Of a stretch of DNA of 64,000 nt, positions 26,736 to 39,149 are shown piece by piece. The position numbers were made by a program, and so were the translations under genes. Below the pieces are notes generated by a model that had not been told where the DNA came from, searched no databases, and saw only the letters and a list, made by a program, of their open reading frames with translations. Numbering within the stretch: position 1 is the stretch's first letter; each line of letters begins with the position of its first letter. Origin of the DNA: Octopus vulgaris (lineage: Eukaryota); NCBI GenBank assembly GCA_951406725.2, contig OX597822.1:75764001-75828000 (forward strand). The letters are read 5' to 3'.

Positions 26736-27009
26736 GTAACGAAGATATATTTCGATTTAGTTGATGAATGAAAGAACAAACATTTGTGTGAACTTCCAAA
26801 TATGAAATATTAAACGTTAAGTGAAATGCGTCGAACGACAAAAGAAAGATATGTTAGATAATGCGATCAGGTCGTATGCGTCCATGAGAGATGTGTGTAT
26901 CAGCAATGAAAGTAGCCGTCAGTGGTGTTGTTACTTGAAGCTAGCTGCTTTAAGCTCTTCGCGACCACTGACTAGCTAGTAGGCGCACCACCTCTCTCTC
27001 TCTCTCTCT

Positions 27010-27053
<44 letters not shown>

Positions 27054-27073
27054 ACAGACAAATAGATAAATAG

Positions 27074-27165
<92 letters not shown>

Positions 27166-27582
27166 TGAGATAGGGGTTGTAAATGCAACTCTCCATGGGA
27201 TAACATATATCCAATATACTGCCAGTGAAGTACCCAACAAAGTTAATACATAAATGTTAAGGATTGCGATGCAATTAATTCATTTACTGTATTATATGGG
27301 CAAAGGTAAAATGATTTACCACAAATTACTAATACAAGATAAGAAAATGGAGAAATACATCTAAATCAAATATCAATTATCAGATAATACTCAATCACAT
27401 ACTTTATTAAACTACCACATAAGAGACTGTAGGGTTAAACATTAAAAAGCAGAACAAATCAGTGTACACAAAGGAATGTACATAAAAAAGTGTACATAAA
27501 AGAGTAATGTTGTATAATAAGTAGAATATATATAAAAAAGAGAATATAAATATAAGTAAATATAAATATAAGTATAGATTAC

Positions 27583-27709
27583 ATCTTACAGCTGTTTCGG
27601 CCATGTAGATAAGTATGTCTCATTTTACCAATATTAGCCTTTTATGGTAGGTCAATATATGGATATAAATGAGACATTTACAAAAATATCATAAGGCCTC
27701 TTCGGAGAT
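27583..27709 (-). ncRNA. Hammerhead ribozyme with long stem II (U4C core)
   Basis: Minus: tct-CCGAAGA-ggcc...[atgtctcattt/aaatgagacat]...ggcc-GAAA-cagctg-TA-aga. Confidence 0.65.
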
Positions 27710-27804
27710 ATACATATACATATGAGTGCATATACTCACACTCCTATACATATAAAAATATACATATACATAATAATGTAAATAAATGATATAAATTAGT
27801 AAAC

Positions 27805-27883
27805 ATATATATGTTCCACATTCAATGTTTCAGTTTTTCAACTTAGTTGAAAAACTGAAACATTGAATGTAGAACATATATAT
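27805..27883. repeat. Near-perfect palindrome made of two hammerhead 3' halves
   Basis: Each arm reads agttgaaaaact-GAAA-cattgaatg-T(A/G)-gaac; axis at 27844. Confidence 0.8.
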
Positions 27884-28007
27884 ATATATATATATTGTTG
27901 ATGCGCTATAAAGTTTGTGCTGCATATGTATGTGTGTAAGTATTGTGATATGATCGTTGTATCACAATCTTCATGACTGTTCACATTTTAACATCAACCT
28001 ATATATA

Positions 28008-28200
28008 TATAGTTAATCGAAACATGAACAGAGAAAACACAACAACGCGAGGACGTGGAACATGTATAGTTGTTACTGGACGCTCAGGAAAGGAAAGAAA
28101 GAAGGAGGATTTAACATTTCGAGTGGAGCTCTTCGTCAGAAACATAGAAAAAGGAAAGGTCCAAGGAAGGGAAGACGGAGAAAGAAAATCGCCAACGATA
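28008..28200 (-). mobile_element. About 190-bp hammerhead-bearing repeat
   Basis: Minus: gttt-CTGACGA-agagctccactc-GAAA-tgt-TA-aat at 28107-28144; flanked by (TA)n; related to the 17150 family. Confidence 0.62.
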
Positions 28201-28218
28201 TATATATGTATATATATA

Positions 28219-28277
<59 letters not shown>

Positions 28278-28449
28278 TTCCCAACAACATGCTACCTGGT
28301 GTACTTCCATGCGATGTTATTCTACGCAATACCCCTCTACTCTGTGCATGTCCTTTAACAGGATCACGTGGTAGAGACAGTTCAATGTGAATACTAACTT
28401 CAGATCCATAACCTTTACATACACACACAAATAAACACCCACACACACT

Positions 28450-28482
<33 letters not shown>

Positions 28483-28523
28483 TATATATCAATATCAGTA
28501 AATGAATATGTAGATAGGTAGGC

Positions 28524-28524
<1 letters not shown>

Positions 28525-28619
<95 letters not shown>

Positions 28620-28620
28620 C
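28525..28620. repeat. (GATA)n microsatellite
   Basis: Read directly. Confidence 0.95.
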
Positions 28621-28819
28621 AGTATAGGATTCAATAGAATCTAGCTATATCCATACGTAGGACGCCAGAAATAGCTAGACACGATAGCATAGGGTTCACA
28701 AGGAGATAAAACAACCGTGAAGATATCATGTGTTAGTAAATGTAACTCGAGACATGTTAGTACCAAATCCAACTTATACTGTAGATCCGACTCAGTGTTG
28801 GTTCCGTTACATATATACA

Positions 28820-28898
<79 letters not shown>

Positions 28899-29506
28899 AT
28901 ATGTATGTGGATATACACGTAAAGTATGCTGATAGAGGGGCAGAAAAATGAAAGTGAATAAGACAAAATGCACAAACACACCCAGCCAGACAAGCAGACA
29001 GAGGCAGAGAGAGATGAGTGGAGATTTTGAGATAGAAAAATAATATCTAAAATTCATTTTAAAAGATACATCGATAATCTATAACTAAAAATTGTAACTG
29101 CGTTGTGTCTCTATCGACGAGGTAGTGTATTCCATCTGAAAATAAACAGAATGTAGTCTATTTTGGAAACCTATTTATCACAAACCAATTCATTGATGTT
29201 TTCCAGTTTATTTCCAGAATGTTTGTGTTTACATATACTTTTCATGAAAGATGTTTACTTTATGTTTTTTTATTATATTTTTTTTCTGTATATTTTGGGT
29301 GTATTTGGCTTCAAAATATGCATAGATTTGATAAATTTAGGTAATATTTTTGACTTACAGAAAAGAGGTAGTAGAGAAAACCTGTTTCATCCTCCTTCAA
29401 ATATTTTTACTGGAAATGTATAATTAAATAAATAAACGCATCTGCGTATGTACACCAACTCGCACTCATAGACTAACATAAACGCACATACATACACGTA
29501 CATACG

Positions 29507-29550
<44 letters not shown>

Positions 29551-29555
29551 CATAC

Positions 29556-29662
<107 letters not shown>

Positions 29663-29882
29663 CATATATATATGTGTGAGCGTGTGTGCAAATACATGTA
29701 TTTATATATGCATATATAAATACATATATATACTACATATATGTACCTATTTATATGTGTATATGTGTGTAGATACACACGCACACACACACATATATGT
29801 GTGTATATATATACCGAAGTAAGCACATAAATGTGAAAAAAGATGGGAAAAAATGAGCACTCATATAGTAGAGGTAGAGTAA

Positions 29883-30017
29883 TATACTTTATTAAAAGCA
29901 GCAGAAATATCACAATAAACTATTACTTAGAGTAACAAAACTGTCCGACGAACGGTAACGTGAAACTCTGAGTAACAAATGTTGTGATATTTTATTCTGC
30001 TTTTAATAAAGTGTATA
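29883..30017. mobile_element. Fold-back element with a central hammerhead (29941-29977, +)
   Basis: tgt-CCGACGA-acg gtaa cgt-GAAA-ctctgag-TA-aca; arms tatactttattaaaagcag.../...ctgcttttaataaagtgtata. Confidence 0.72.
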
Positions 30018-30019
30018 TA

Positions 30020-30131
30020 TATCACGTGATCGACCAGGCCATCAGATGTTGCTACACATCGCTGGTCACAATGCGCTTCGCATTATTTTAGCTTTCAATG
30101 ACGCCACCCCGCTGGCTAAGCGAGCAGGCCA
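30020..30131 (-). mobile_element. Isolated alternative SINE-C 3' module
   Basis: Reverse complement of 3031-3150. Confidence 0.8.
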
Positions 30132-30152
30132 ATATATATATATATATATATC

Positions 30153-30642
<490 letters not shown>

Positions 30643-30879
30643 CATACATTTACTTATTTATTTATTTATTTATTTATACGTTTATAACTCAGTGTTGCAA
30701 GATTCCTGATGTGAAGTCATGTGTTGGAAGAGATATTCTTGTATTTAGGGACTGTCAGTTTTATTTTTAAATAAACACAGGAAGTATTTGTTCGTTCTTC
30801 TCTCGTTTATTACTGTTCTTATTCTAACTCATGTCCGCGTGTGTTCTTGCACAGCAAGAGCACACATGAAAACGTAAAG

Positions 30880-30924
30880 TGTCACTGAGGAGGTCACACG
30901 TGTGTTCCGAAAGATATCCGGACA
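30880..30924 (+). ncRNA. Minimal hammerhead-like motif
   Basis: tgtca-CTGAGGA-ggtcacacgtgtgttcc-GAAA-gata-TC-cggaca; stem I imperfect. Confidence 0.5.
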
Positions 30925-31181
30925 ATGGACATGCGTTAAAAGAAGAACCATAATAAACAAGTGAAGAACGATTATACATTGTGCGTGTTTATTTTGCATG
31001 TATACACACACACACACACACACACACACAATTATATTGACAGAAATTGAGGAACTATTCAATATTTTCAGATGAGTACACGTTTATTTAAATTTTACAC
31101 GCAAATGGGTGACTGTGACTTCAAAGATTTACCTGCAAGCCATTGTCTTATATTTGTGTGTCTATGTATATATATATATAT

Positions 31182-31357
31182 ATAGGCGCAGGAGTTGCTG
31201 TGTGGTAAGTAGCTTGCTAACCAACCACATGGTTCCGGGTTCAGTCCCACTGCGTGTCATCTTCGGCAAGTGTCTTCTACTATAGCCCCGGGCCGACCAA
31301 TGCCTTGTGAGTGGATTTGGTAGACGGAAACTGAAAGAAGCCTGTCGTATATATGTG

Positions 31358-31390
<33 letters not shown>

Positions 31391-31612
31391 TTGTGTGTGT
31401 TTGTGTGTGTCCCCCTAGCATTGCTTGACAACCGATGCTGGTGTATTTACGTCCCCGTCACTTAGCGGTTCGGCAAAAGAGCCTGATAGAATAAGTACTG
31501 GGCTTACAAAGAATAAGTCCCGGGGTTGATTTGCTCGACTAAAGGCGGCGCTCCAGCATGGCCGCAGTCAAATGACTGAATCAAGTAAAAGAGTAAAAGA
31601 GAAAAGAGAGAG
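31182..31612 (+). mobile_element. SINE family A, full length
   Basis: Complete layout. Confidence 0.9.
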
Positions 31613-31640
<28 letters not shown>

Positions 31641-31644
<4 letters not shown>

Positions 31645-31751
31645 CTGCTCGCTTAGCCAGCGGGGTGGCGTCATTCGAAGGCTAAAACAATGCGAACGCA
31701 TTGTGACCAGCGATGTGTAACAACATCTGATTGTCTGGTCTGTCACGTGAT

Positions 31752-31760
<9 letters not shown>
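31641..31760 (+). mobile_element. Isolated alternative SINE-C 3' module in (TA)n
   Basis: Nearly identical to 3031-3150. Confidence 0.8.
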
Positions 31761-31797
<37 letters not shown>

Positions 31798-32003
31798 ATT
31801 GATGGAAGGAGTACACAAATCACATCCAGGTGGAGCCATTTTAACCGTGGCGTAACATCAAGAAAGGGGTTTGTTTTTTCGTTATGTATTTGTCCCTTCA
31901 GATGTTAAAATGTTCATCTCCCACACACATATGCATAATACTTACATACACACATACACATTCACTCACATATATACCTAGACATTCACACGTACGTACA
32001 CAC

Positions 32004-32395
32004 TCTTTTTTACTCTCTTTTACTTGTTTGTCATTTGACTTCGGCCATGCTGGAACACCGCATTTAGTCGAGCAATTCGACCCTAGGACTTATTCTTTGT
32101 AAGCCTAATACTTATTCTGTCGGCCTCTTTCACCGGACCGCTAAGTTACAGGGTTGTAAACTCACCAGCATCGGTTGGGGGGGCGGGCAACCACAGACAC
32201 ACAAACATATGCACACATACATATATATACATATATACGACAGGCTTCTTTCAGCTTCCGTCTACCAAATCCACTCATAATGCTTTTGTGGGCACGAGGC
32301 TATAGCAGAAGGCACTTGCCCAAGGTGCTAGGCAGTGGGACTGAACCCGGAACCATGAGGTTGGTAAGCAAGTTACTTACCACACAGCCACTCCT
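32004..32395 (-). mobile_element. SINE family A
   Basis: Reverse-strand full layout. Confidence 0.87.
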
Positions 32396-32815
32396 TTATA
32401 TATATTAGAATAATAATAATATTAATAATAATAATAGGCCATTCCTGCATCTAAATATTTGTTTAAAATCGAAACTCGGAGTTCATGTAGCCGATCGATT
32501 TTGACACTTTTCACTTCAGTTAATAATTTTGCTACGAATCTCAAAATCGTTGAATAAAATCTTAAGGATTTTGAGTAAAACTCAATGCCTTTGATGTTTT
32601 GAGCAACAGAAGTTCTTAAGTATCGTAGTTGTATGTTGTATTCCCAGTCAATAAAATAATTGCTTTGTGCCTTCAGCTCTCTTTACCCAACTTGTGTGAG
32701 TTAGCGTGTGTATGTATGTAATACCACTTCATGTAATTACAAGTTATATTTGAAACTGAAGGAGCGGAGCTGCTTATATTCTCAATGAAAAGTAAGTACA
32801 TTAAGGTAGTTAACC

Positions 32816-32849
<34 letters not shown>

Positions 32850-33161
32850 AAGAAAACAAGTAAATCAATCCTATGCAGTTAACTTGCACAATCAATACCC
32901 ATATTGAAGATTTAAATCAATATATATTTTCTCATAGATTACGTAAAGCGAGCGATAGGCTGTTTATATGCATTCTTTAAGGTGTAGGGATTGTCAGGTG
33001 ACTGAGGAGATTCTTTCAGTATGATGTGGTTTGGTGTTCGATACTGTTATGTGACACAATCATCACTGATCGTTCCAAGACTTTTGAGAGATATATACAG
33101 CAGCAAAGGAATAAAAGAATGCAAGAATATTGTAACTGATATGTAATTCTATAAATCTATG

Positions 33162-33202
<41 letters not shown>

Positions 33203-33264
33203 GAATAAATGTTTTATATATAAAGAACGTGAAATACAGGAAGGGACAAACACGGAACACAGAC

Positions 33265-33332
<68 letters not shown>

Positions 33333-33334
33333 TC

Positions 33335-33543
33335 GTTTTATTTTTATTTGTTTCAGTCATTTGATTGTGGCCATGCTGGAGCATAGCCTTTTTTTAGTCG
33401 ACCAAATCGCCCCCAGGTGTTATTCTTTGTAAGCCTTGTACTTATTCTGTCGGTTCTCTTTTGCCGAACCGCTAGATTACTGTGACGTAAATACAGCAGC
33501 ATCAGTTGTCAAGCGATGTTGGGGGGATAAATACAGACATACA

Positions 33544-33591
<48 letters not shown>

Positions 33592-33741
33592 AGACGGGAT
33601 TCCTTCTGTTTCCGTCTACTCACAAGGCTTTGGTTAGCCCTAGCCTAAAGTAGAAGACACTTTCCCAAGGTGCCATGCAGTGAATCTGAACCCGGAACCA
33701 TGTGGATGGTTTGCAAGTTACTTAACACACAGCCACTCCTT

Positions 33742-33742
<1 letters not shown>
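33335..33742 (-). mobile_element. SINE family A
   Basis: Reverse-strand full layout. Confidence 0.85.
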
Positions 33743-33796
<54 letters not shown>

Positions 33797-33798
<2 letters not shown>

Positions 33799-35041
33799 GT
33801 ACTGACACTAAATGAACTGACCAAAATAGATAGGAAAACAAGAAAAATAATGACAGGATCTAGGATGCGTCACCCAAAATCTGACATAGCAAGGCTATAT
33901 ATGCAACGTATAGAAGGTGGTAGAGGCCTTATACAGCTGGAAAACTACTTTAAAATAATCACCATAGGACTGCAAAAATATCTAGTTCAGAAGGAAGGAA
34001 AACTGATACAAATAGCGGCAAAACACGAGCAAAACAAAAAAACTGTTCTCAGTATTTAAGGAAGCTGACAAATACAAACAAGAGATCATACCACCTAACA
34101 AATATGAAGAAGAAGATGAAGAAACAACAAAAGCTATAAAACAAATGAAATCCAAACCAAAACTAGAACAGCAACGGACCATGATAAAACGAGGGCAAGA
34201 AAAGCCCCTTCATGGCAAATACTGGACTAAACTAAATGCAAAAGAAATAGACAAAGAAAGATCCCAGCAATGGTTGAGAAGCTCAGGACTCAAAGCAGAG
34301 ACAGAGGGATTTTTAATTGCAGCACAAGACCAAAGCCTCCCCATCAGAAATTACCAAAAACATGTAATGAAAAGAAATATAACAAGTAACTGCAGAATAT
34401 GTAGACATGGACAAGAAACATATTATCTCTGGCTGCCCAGTCCAGGCTAAGAAGGAATATATTCACAGACATACACTGGGACCTGCATACACTGGAAGCT
34501 ATGCCAACATTATGAAATAACAACAGAAAAAAGATGGTATAGGCACACACCAGGGAAGGTCACAGAAAACGAGAGGGCAGCCATACTCTAGGATATGCCA
34601 ATACACACAGATAGAAAAATTAGGGCCAACAGACCAGATATAGTTGTCAGAGATCACGAAGATAAAAAATGTTTTCTAATTGATGTATCAATACCAGCAG
34701 ATGACAACGTGTCTCTAAAAGAAATGGAGAAATTTTCAAAATACAAAGACCTGGAAATAGAGGTAACTCGAATGTGGAATCTAAAAACATACAATTCCTA
34801 TGATAGTAGGTGCATTAGGCATGATAAAAAAATATTCAGACAAATACATAACAAAAACACCAGGACTTACAAACACATATAACATACAGAAAACTGCACT
34901 ACTAGGCACTCACACATTCTACGCAGAACACTTTCAATACAGTAACCATCAGAGCATCACAACAAATCACAGCACATACCCAAGGCACACAGAGCTGCGC
35001 TCAGTAGTGAAATGAAAGCACGCTATAAAAATAAAAAATAC

Positions 35042-35042
<1 letters not shown>
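33797..35042 (+). mobile_element. 5'-truncated R4/Dong-clade non-LTR retrotransposon (RT thumb, CCHC knuckle, restriction-like endonuclease), frameshifted
   Basis: IDRKTRK..HPKSD..RLY..R.EGGRGL; LKAETEGFLIAAQDQSL; CRIC; RPDIVV..LIDVSIP..KYKDL; IVGALG; (TAA)n on both sides. Confidence 0.92.
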
Positions 35043-35095
<53 letters not shown>

Positions 35096-35097
<2 letters not shown>

Positions 35098-35254
35098 CCT
35101 TACATGGAATTTATAAACATTTAATGCATCGCTACACGCGTTTCCACAAATCATATATCCCTAAAGATCACAGTCCGTATACCTGAAATGATTACAGTGC
35201 AGTCCATTGTATCCGTAGCGATGCATTAAATGTTTATAAATTCCATCCAAGGAT
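35096..35254. repeat. Fold-back element; left arm starts at GAAACGCGT (hammerhead stem III remnant, minus strand)
   Basis: atcct..tggaatttataaacatttaatgcatcgctac / gtagcgatgcattaaatgtttataaattccatccaaggat. Confidence 0.75.
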
Positions 35255-35405
35255 CACTTTTATCATTATATTCATTATTGTATTTACCCTACATTACTGT
35301 TTCACCAGTCAGCATCATTAGACTGTGGCCGGCATAATAGAACAGGCGCTTTATTTGCATATTCAAAACGTTTCCCGTAAACAAATTTAAATTAAATATA
35401 TATAA

Positions 35406-35439
<34 letters not shown>

Positions 35440-35575
35440 CTATCTACATACATATATATATATATATCTACATACATATAAATATATATATCTACATACA
35501 TATATATATCTACATACATTTATATATATATATATATCTTCATACACACACACACATATATATATATATATACAT

Positions 35576-35625
<50 letters not shown>

Positions 35626-35635
<10 letters not shown>

Positions 35636-35902
35636 ATTTCGGAATGTTCATTTTGCCAATTTAGCCAAAAATAAAAAATGGAAAAATATAAATATAAAAG
35701 GTTGATTGGTCCTAGACGTCTGTGGTTTTTTTTATTCTCGCCCCATAATTTATCGATTTTCAGAACTAACTTTTCAAAATTTTCGCTGCGTTAGTTTTGA
35801 TTGGCATGCGTGTAAGTTTCATAGAATCGTTGAAAGCCGTGGTCGGATCCATATAAGATATATATTGTTGTATTTCGAATGTTCATTTTGCCAATTTAGC
35901 CA

Positions 35903-35903
<1 letters not shown>
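35626..35903. mobile_element. Unclassified about 280-bp element with about 43-bp terminal direct repeats, in (TA)n
   Basis: atattgttgtatttc(g)gaatgttcattttgccaatttagccaa at 35626-35668 and 35862-35903. Confidence 0.6.
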
Positions 35904-35958
<55 letters not shown>

Positions 35959-36661
35959 CATAGATTTGTATGGAATAGTCATATATACAGCTGGCGATCT
36001 TGTCCGGAAACTGACGGTGCTCCGGCCAAGTCGGTGATCCAGCTAAGTTGGTGTCTGAATACAATTTCAATCCGATGACTGAAAGAAGCTTAGGATAAAA
36101 AATTTTAATTTCTGTGAAATTTCTGTTGTCGCTGAACGATATCAATGAGGTTAATTTTTGTATATAACCAATATTGTTATTCATATCACTAATCCCTCAG
36201 AACAGGTGTGTGCAGCCTATTTGATACTAGTAGCAAATTACGAGTTCAAAATCCTGTGGGGAGTATATGTCCTGTGAAAATTTATGAAAGTTTTGTATAC
36301 CAAATAATTCATAGATATGCAGCTTATATCAAATTATAGCATTCGTTTTAAAGATCGTAACAGTTTTTTAAGCATAAGAGTTTTCAGAGACTTGTCAACA
36401 GTTTATAATTTTGTTCCCTCATCCGCACTAAAGAAGACACAGGTCGTTACAACCTCCATTATAAATACTTGTAATGTATTTATTTCTTGTATAATTTTTT
36501 TTGTTTCATCAATGAAGAAATTAAATACAAGCCAATGTGCAAATAGAATGACGTAAGAATGGATGGACACAAACACACACACAATTTATATGTTTGTATG
36601 TAAATAGATAGAGAGGTAGTTATTTAGTTGGAAGGCAGATAGAGGGAAAGATCTGATTAAT

Positions 36662-36697
<36 letters not shown>

Positions 36698-36859
36698 TGG
36701 ATGAATAGATGGATTTACGGATGGACAAATAAATCTGTTGACAAACCGACGAAAGAAAGAGCAATAAGCAGAGAAATTACTCGATAGATAAGCTGATTGG
36801 CTGATAGCAAGAAAAAGTGCTGTTATTCACAAGTAGACAGATAAGTCGATAGACAGACA

Positions 36860-37001
<142 letters not shown>

Positions 37002-37529
37002 CGCTCTTGCAAAGCTGTCCAGTAACTCCACCTTTAGCAATAAAATTACGACAAGCACAGGAAGAGCAGTAAGCCTAATAATCTCTCGATAATTTACATC
37101 TCTGACGAATTATTTCCGTTAAACAGCACATCTGGGCAACAAAACCGATACTTATTACGTATAGCACAACGCCTTCAACGCAGTTCACGATGCCTCTTCT
37201 TCGAAATGTCTCCAAAGACTATGTTTAAAGCAGCAAATTTGGTGTATTTTATCGATTTCAAAACTTACAGAGCAACGATGCCGTTTAATTGATCTATACT
37301 TTAATTATGAACACTAGTGAGCATTGATACACATATTCGTACGTATTTCCCTAAGATCTAGGTGTATCTATAGATACACATACATATACATACGGACATC
37401 ACGCATCACCACCAACACACACACACACACATCACACGTTTCCATACATACGTCAAAACGTCGAACTAAGCTCGCTCTGCAGCTGTTTCCTTCTGAAATC
37501 TCATTCGTCAGAGCGTCGAGAGAGCAATG

Positions 37530-37587
<58 letters not shown>

Positions 37588-37599
37588 TAATAATAATAA

Positions 37600-38177
37600 A
37601 TGCCCTGATGCAGTACCAGGCAGTGACTATGCTCTGATGCATTACCAGACAGTGGCTCTCGTGGCTTCTCATCTTAACTGATTCGAAGTATTATCATGTT
37701 TTGTCTTGGTATAAAAGATGGGCTACAGCAAATATTCTGCTCAATACCACAGATTTGTTTGTCAGTTGTTTGACATTAACCAGTTGAACATGTCCCTTAG
37801 TGGCTGACGATATGTGCATCTCTGATCACGAGCAGAAATAGTGGAGGGATATCATAGCTATGTGTCGAGAGGGATTCTTTGGGTTTGAATAATTCACCTC
37901 TGGAAACGTGGGTGTTTCGTTTAACATCCTTAAACTACCCTTATTCAAGGACCTTTTGAGCGGAATGAGCTACTCGACCAGAAGAAAATTCTAACTGGGC
38001 CCCACCTGCAAAGTCATGCGCTGTTTTTCTTGATATGAGATCACTATGTCGTGCACATATGGTTGTCATGCATGTGCCTGGTGCACCCTCATCAGACGGG
38101 TAGTCATGATGGGTATACTGGGCTTTGTATATTTTACCCCAGTGTCACTTTGATGCCAAGCACTGCTCTCTCACTCA
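37600..38177. mobile_element. Non-coding about 580-bp element flanked by (TAA)n (possible Dong-related piece)
   Basis: GC-richer block with sharp (TAA)n boundaries on both sides; 5' tandem duplication ctgatgca.taccag.cagtg. Confidence 0.5.
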
Positions 38178-38189
38178 ATAATAATAATA

Positions 38190-38404
38190 ATCCCTTCTAC
38201 TATAGGCGCAAGGACTGAAATTTGGGGAAGGGGGGGGTTTGATTAAATCCACCCCCGTACTAGACTAGTACCTATTTTACCGATCTAGAAAGGATAAAAG
38301 ACAAAGTGAACCTCGGTGGAATTTGAACTCAGAACGTAAAGACGGACGAAATATTGGTAAGCATTTTTGCCGTCGTGTGAACGACTCTACCAGTTCACCG
38401 CCTT
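38190..38404 (-). mobile_element. SINE family B, diverged
   Basis: ggaatttgaactcagaacgtaaagacggacgaaat. Confidence 0.8.
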
Positions 38405-38436
38405 TCCTAGTAATAATACTTCTACTTATAATGCAG

Positions 38437-38622
38437 TTTCAAATTTTGGCACAAGGCCAGCAATTTCGGTGGAGGGGTAAATCAATTACATAGATCTCAG
38501 TGATCAAACTGGTATTTCTTTTATCGACCCCTAAAAAGTGAATGGTAAAGTCCGCCTCGGTGGAATTTGAACTCAGATCGGAAGGCATTTTGTTCGACGG
38601 GCTAGTTATACTGCCAGCTTGC
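38437..38622 (-). mobile_element. SINE family B, diverged
   Basis: ttatcgaccc...cctcggtggaatttgaactcag. Confidence 0.7.
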
Positions 38623-38818
38623 TATCTTCCGCACGTTATACGTATTTTGAAGTTTTCTGCAAAAGATTATATAGATTTGTCGATATATGTTGACGCCTAT
38701 AGGTATATCATGTACGTGTATCTCTGTGCCCGTACACATGCGTGTATATTTTGGAGGAATGGAAGTTACTCATGCATTTAGGCCTCCCGTCTGCACGACG
38801 CTATCGTCGGAGAGGAAG

Positions 38819-38895
<77 letters not shown>

Positions 38896-39037
38896 TGTAT
38901 GTATATTTATATGTGTATGTATATATATATGTGTATGTATATATATATATATATGTGTACGTATATATATATATATGTATGTATATATATATATGTATGT
39001 ATATATATATATATGTATGTATGTATGTACGTATGTA

Positions 39038-39093
<56 letters not shown>

Positions 39094-39149
39094 TCTATAC
39101 ATACGTATTTGTACATACTTACATCTATACGTATATATACATGCATGTG

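Noticed and set aside
37470-37515. Minus-strand CTGACGA...GAAACAGCTGCA hammerhead-like match
   Set aside because: Stem II does not pair and U16.1 is C; likely chance.
38080-38100. Minus-strand CTGATGA
   Set aside because: No GAAA closing a stem II downstream.
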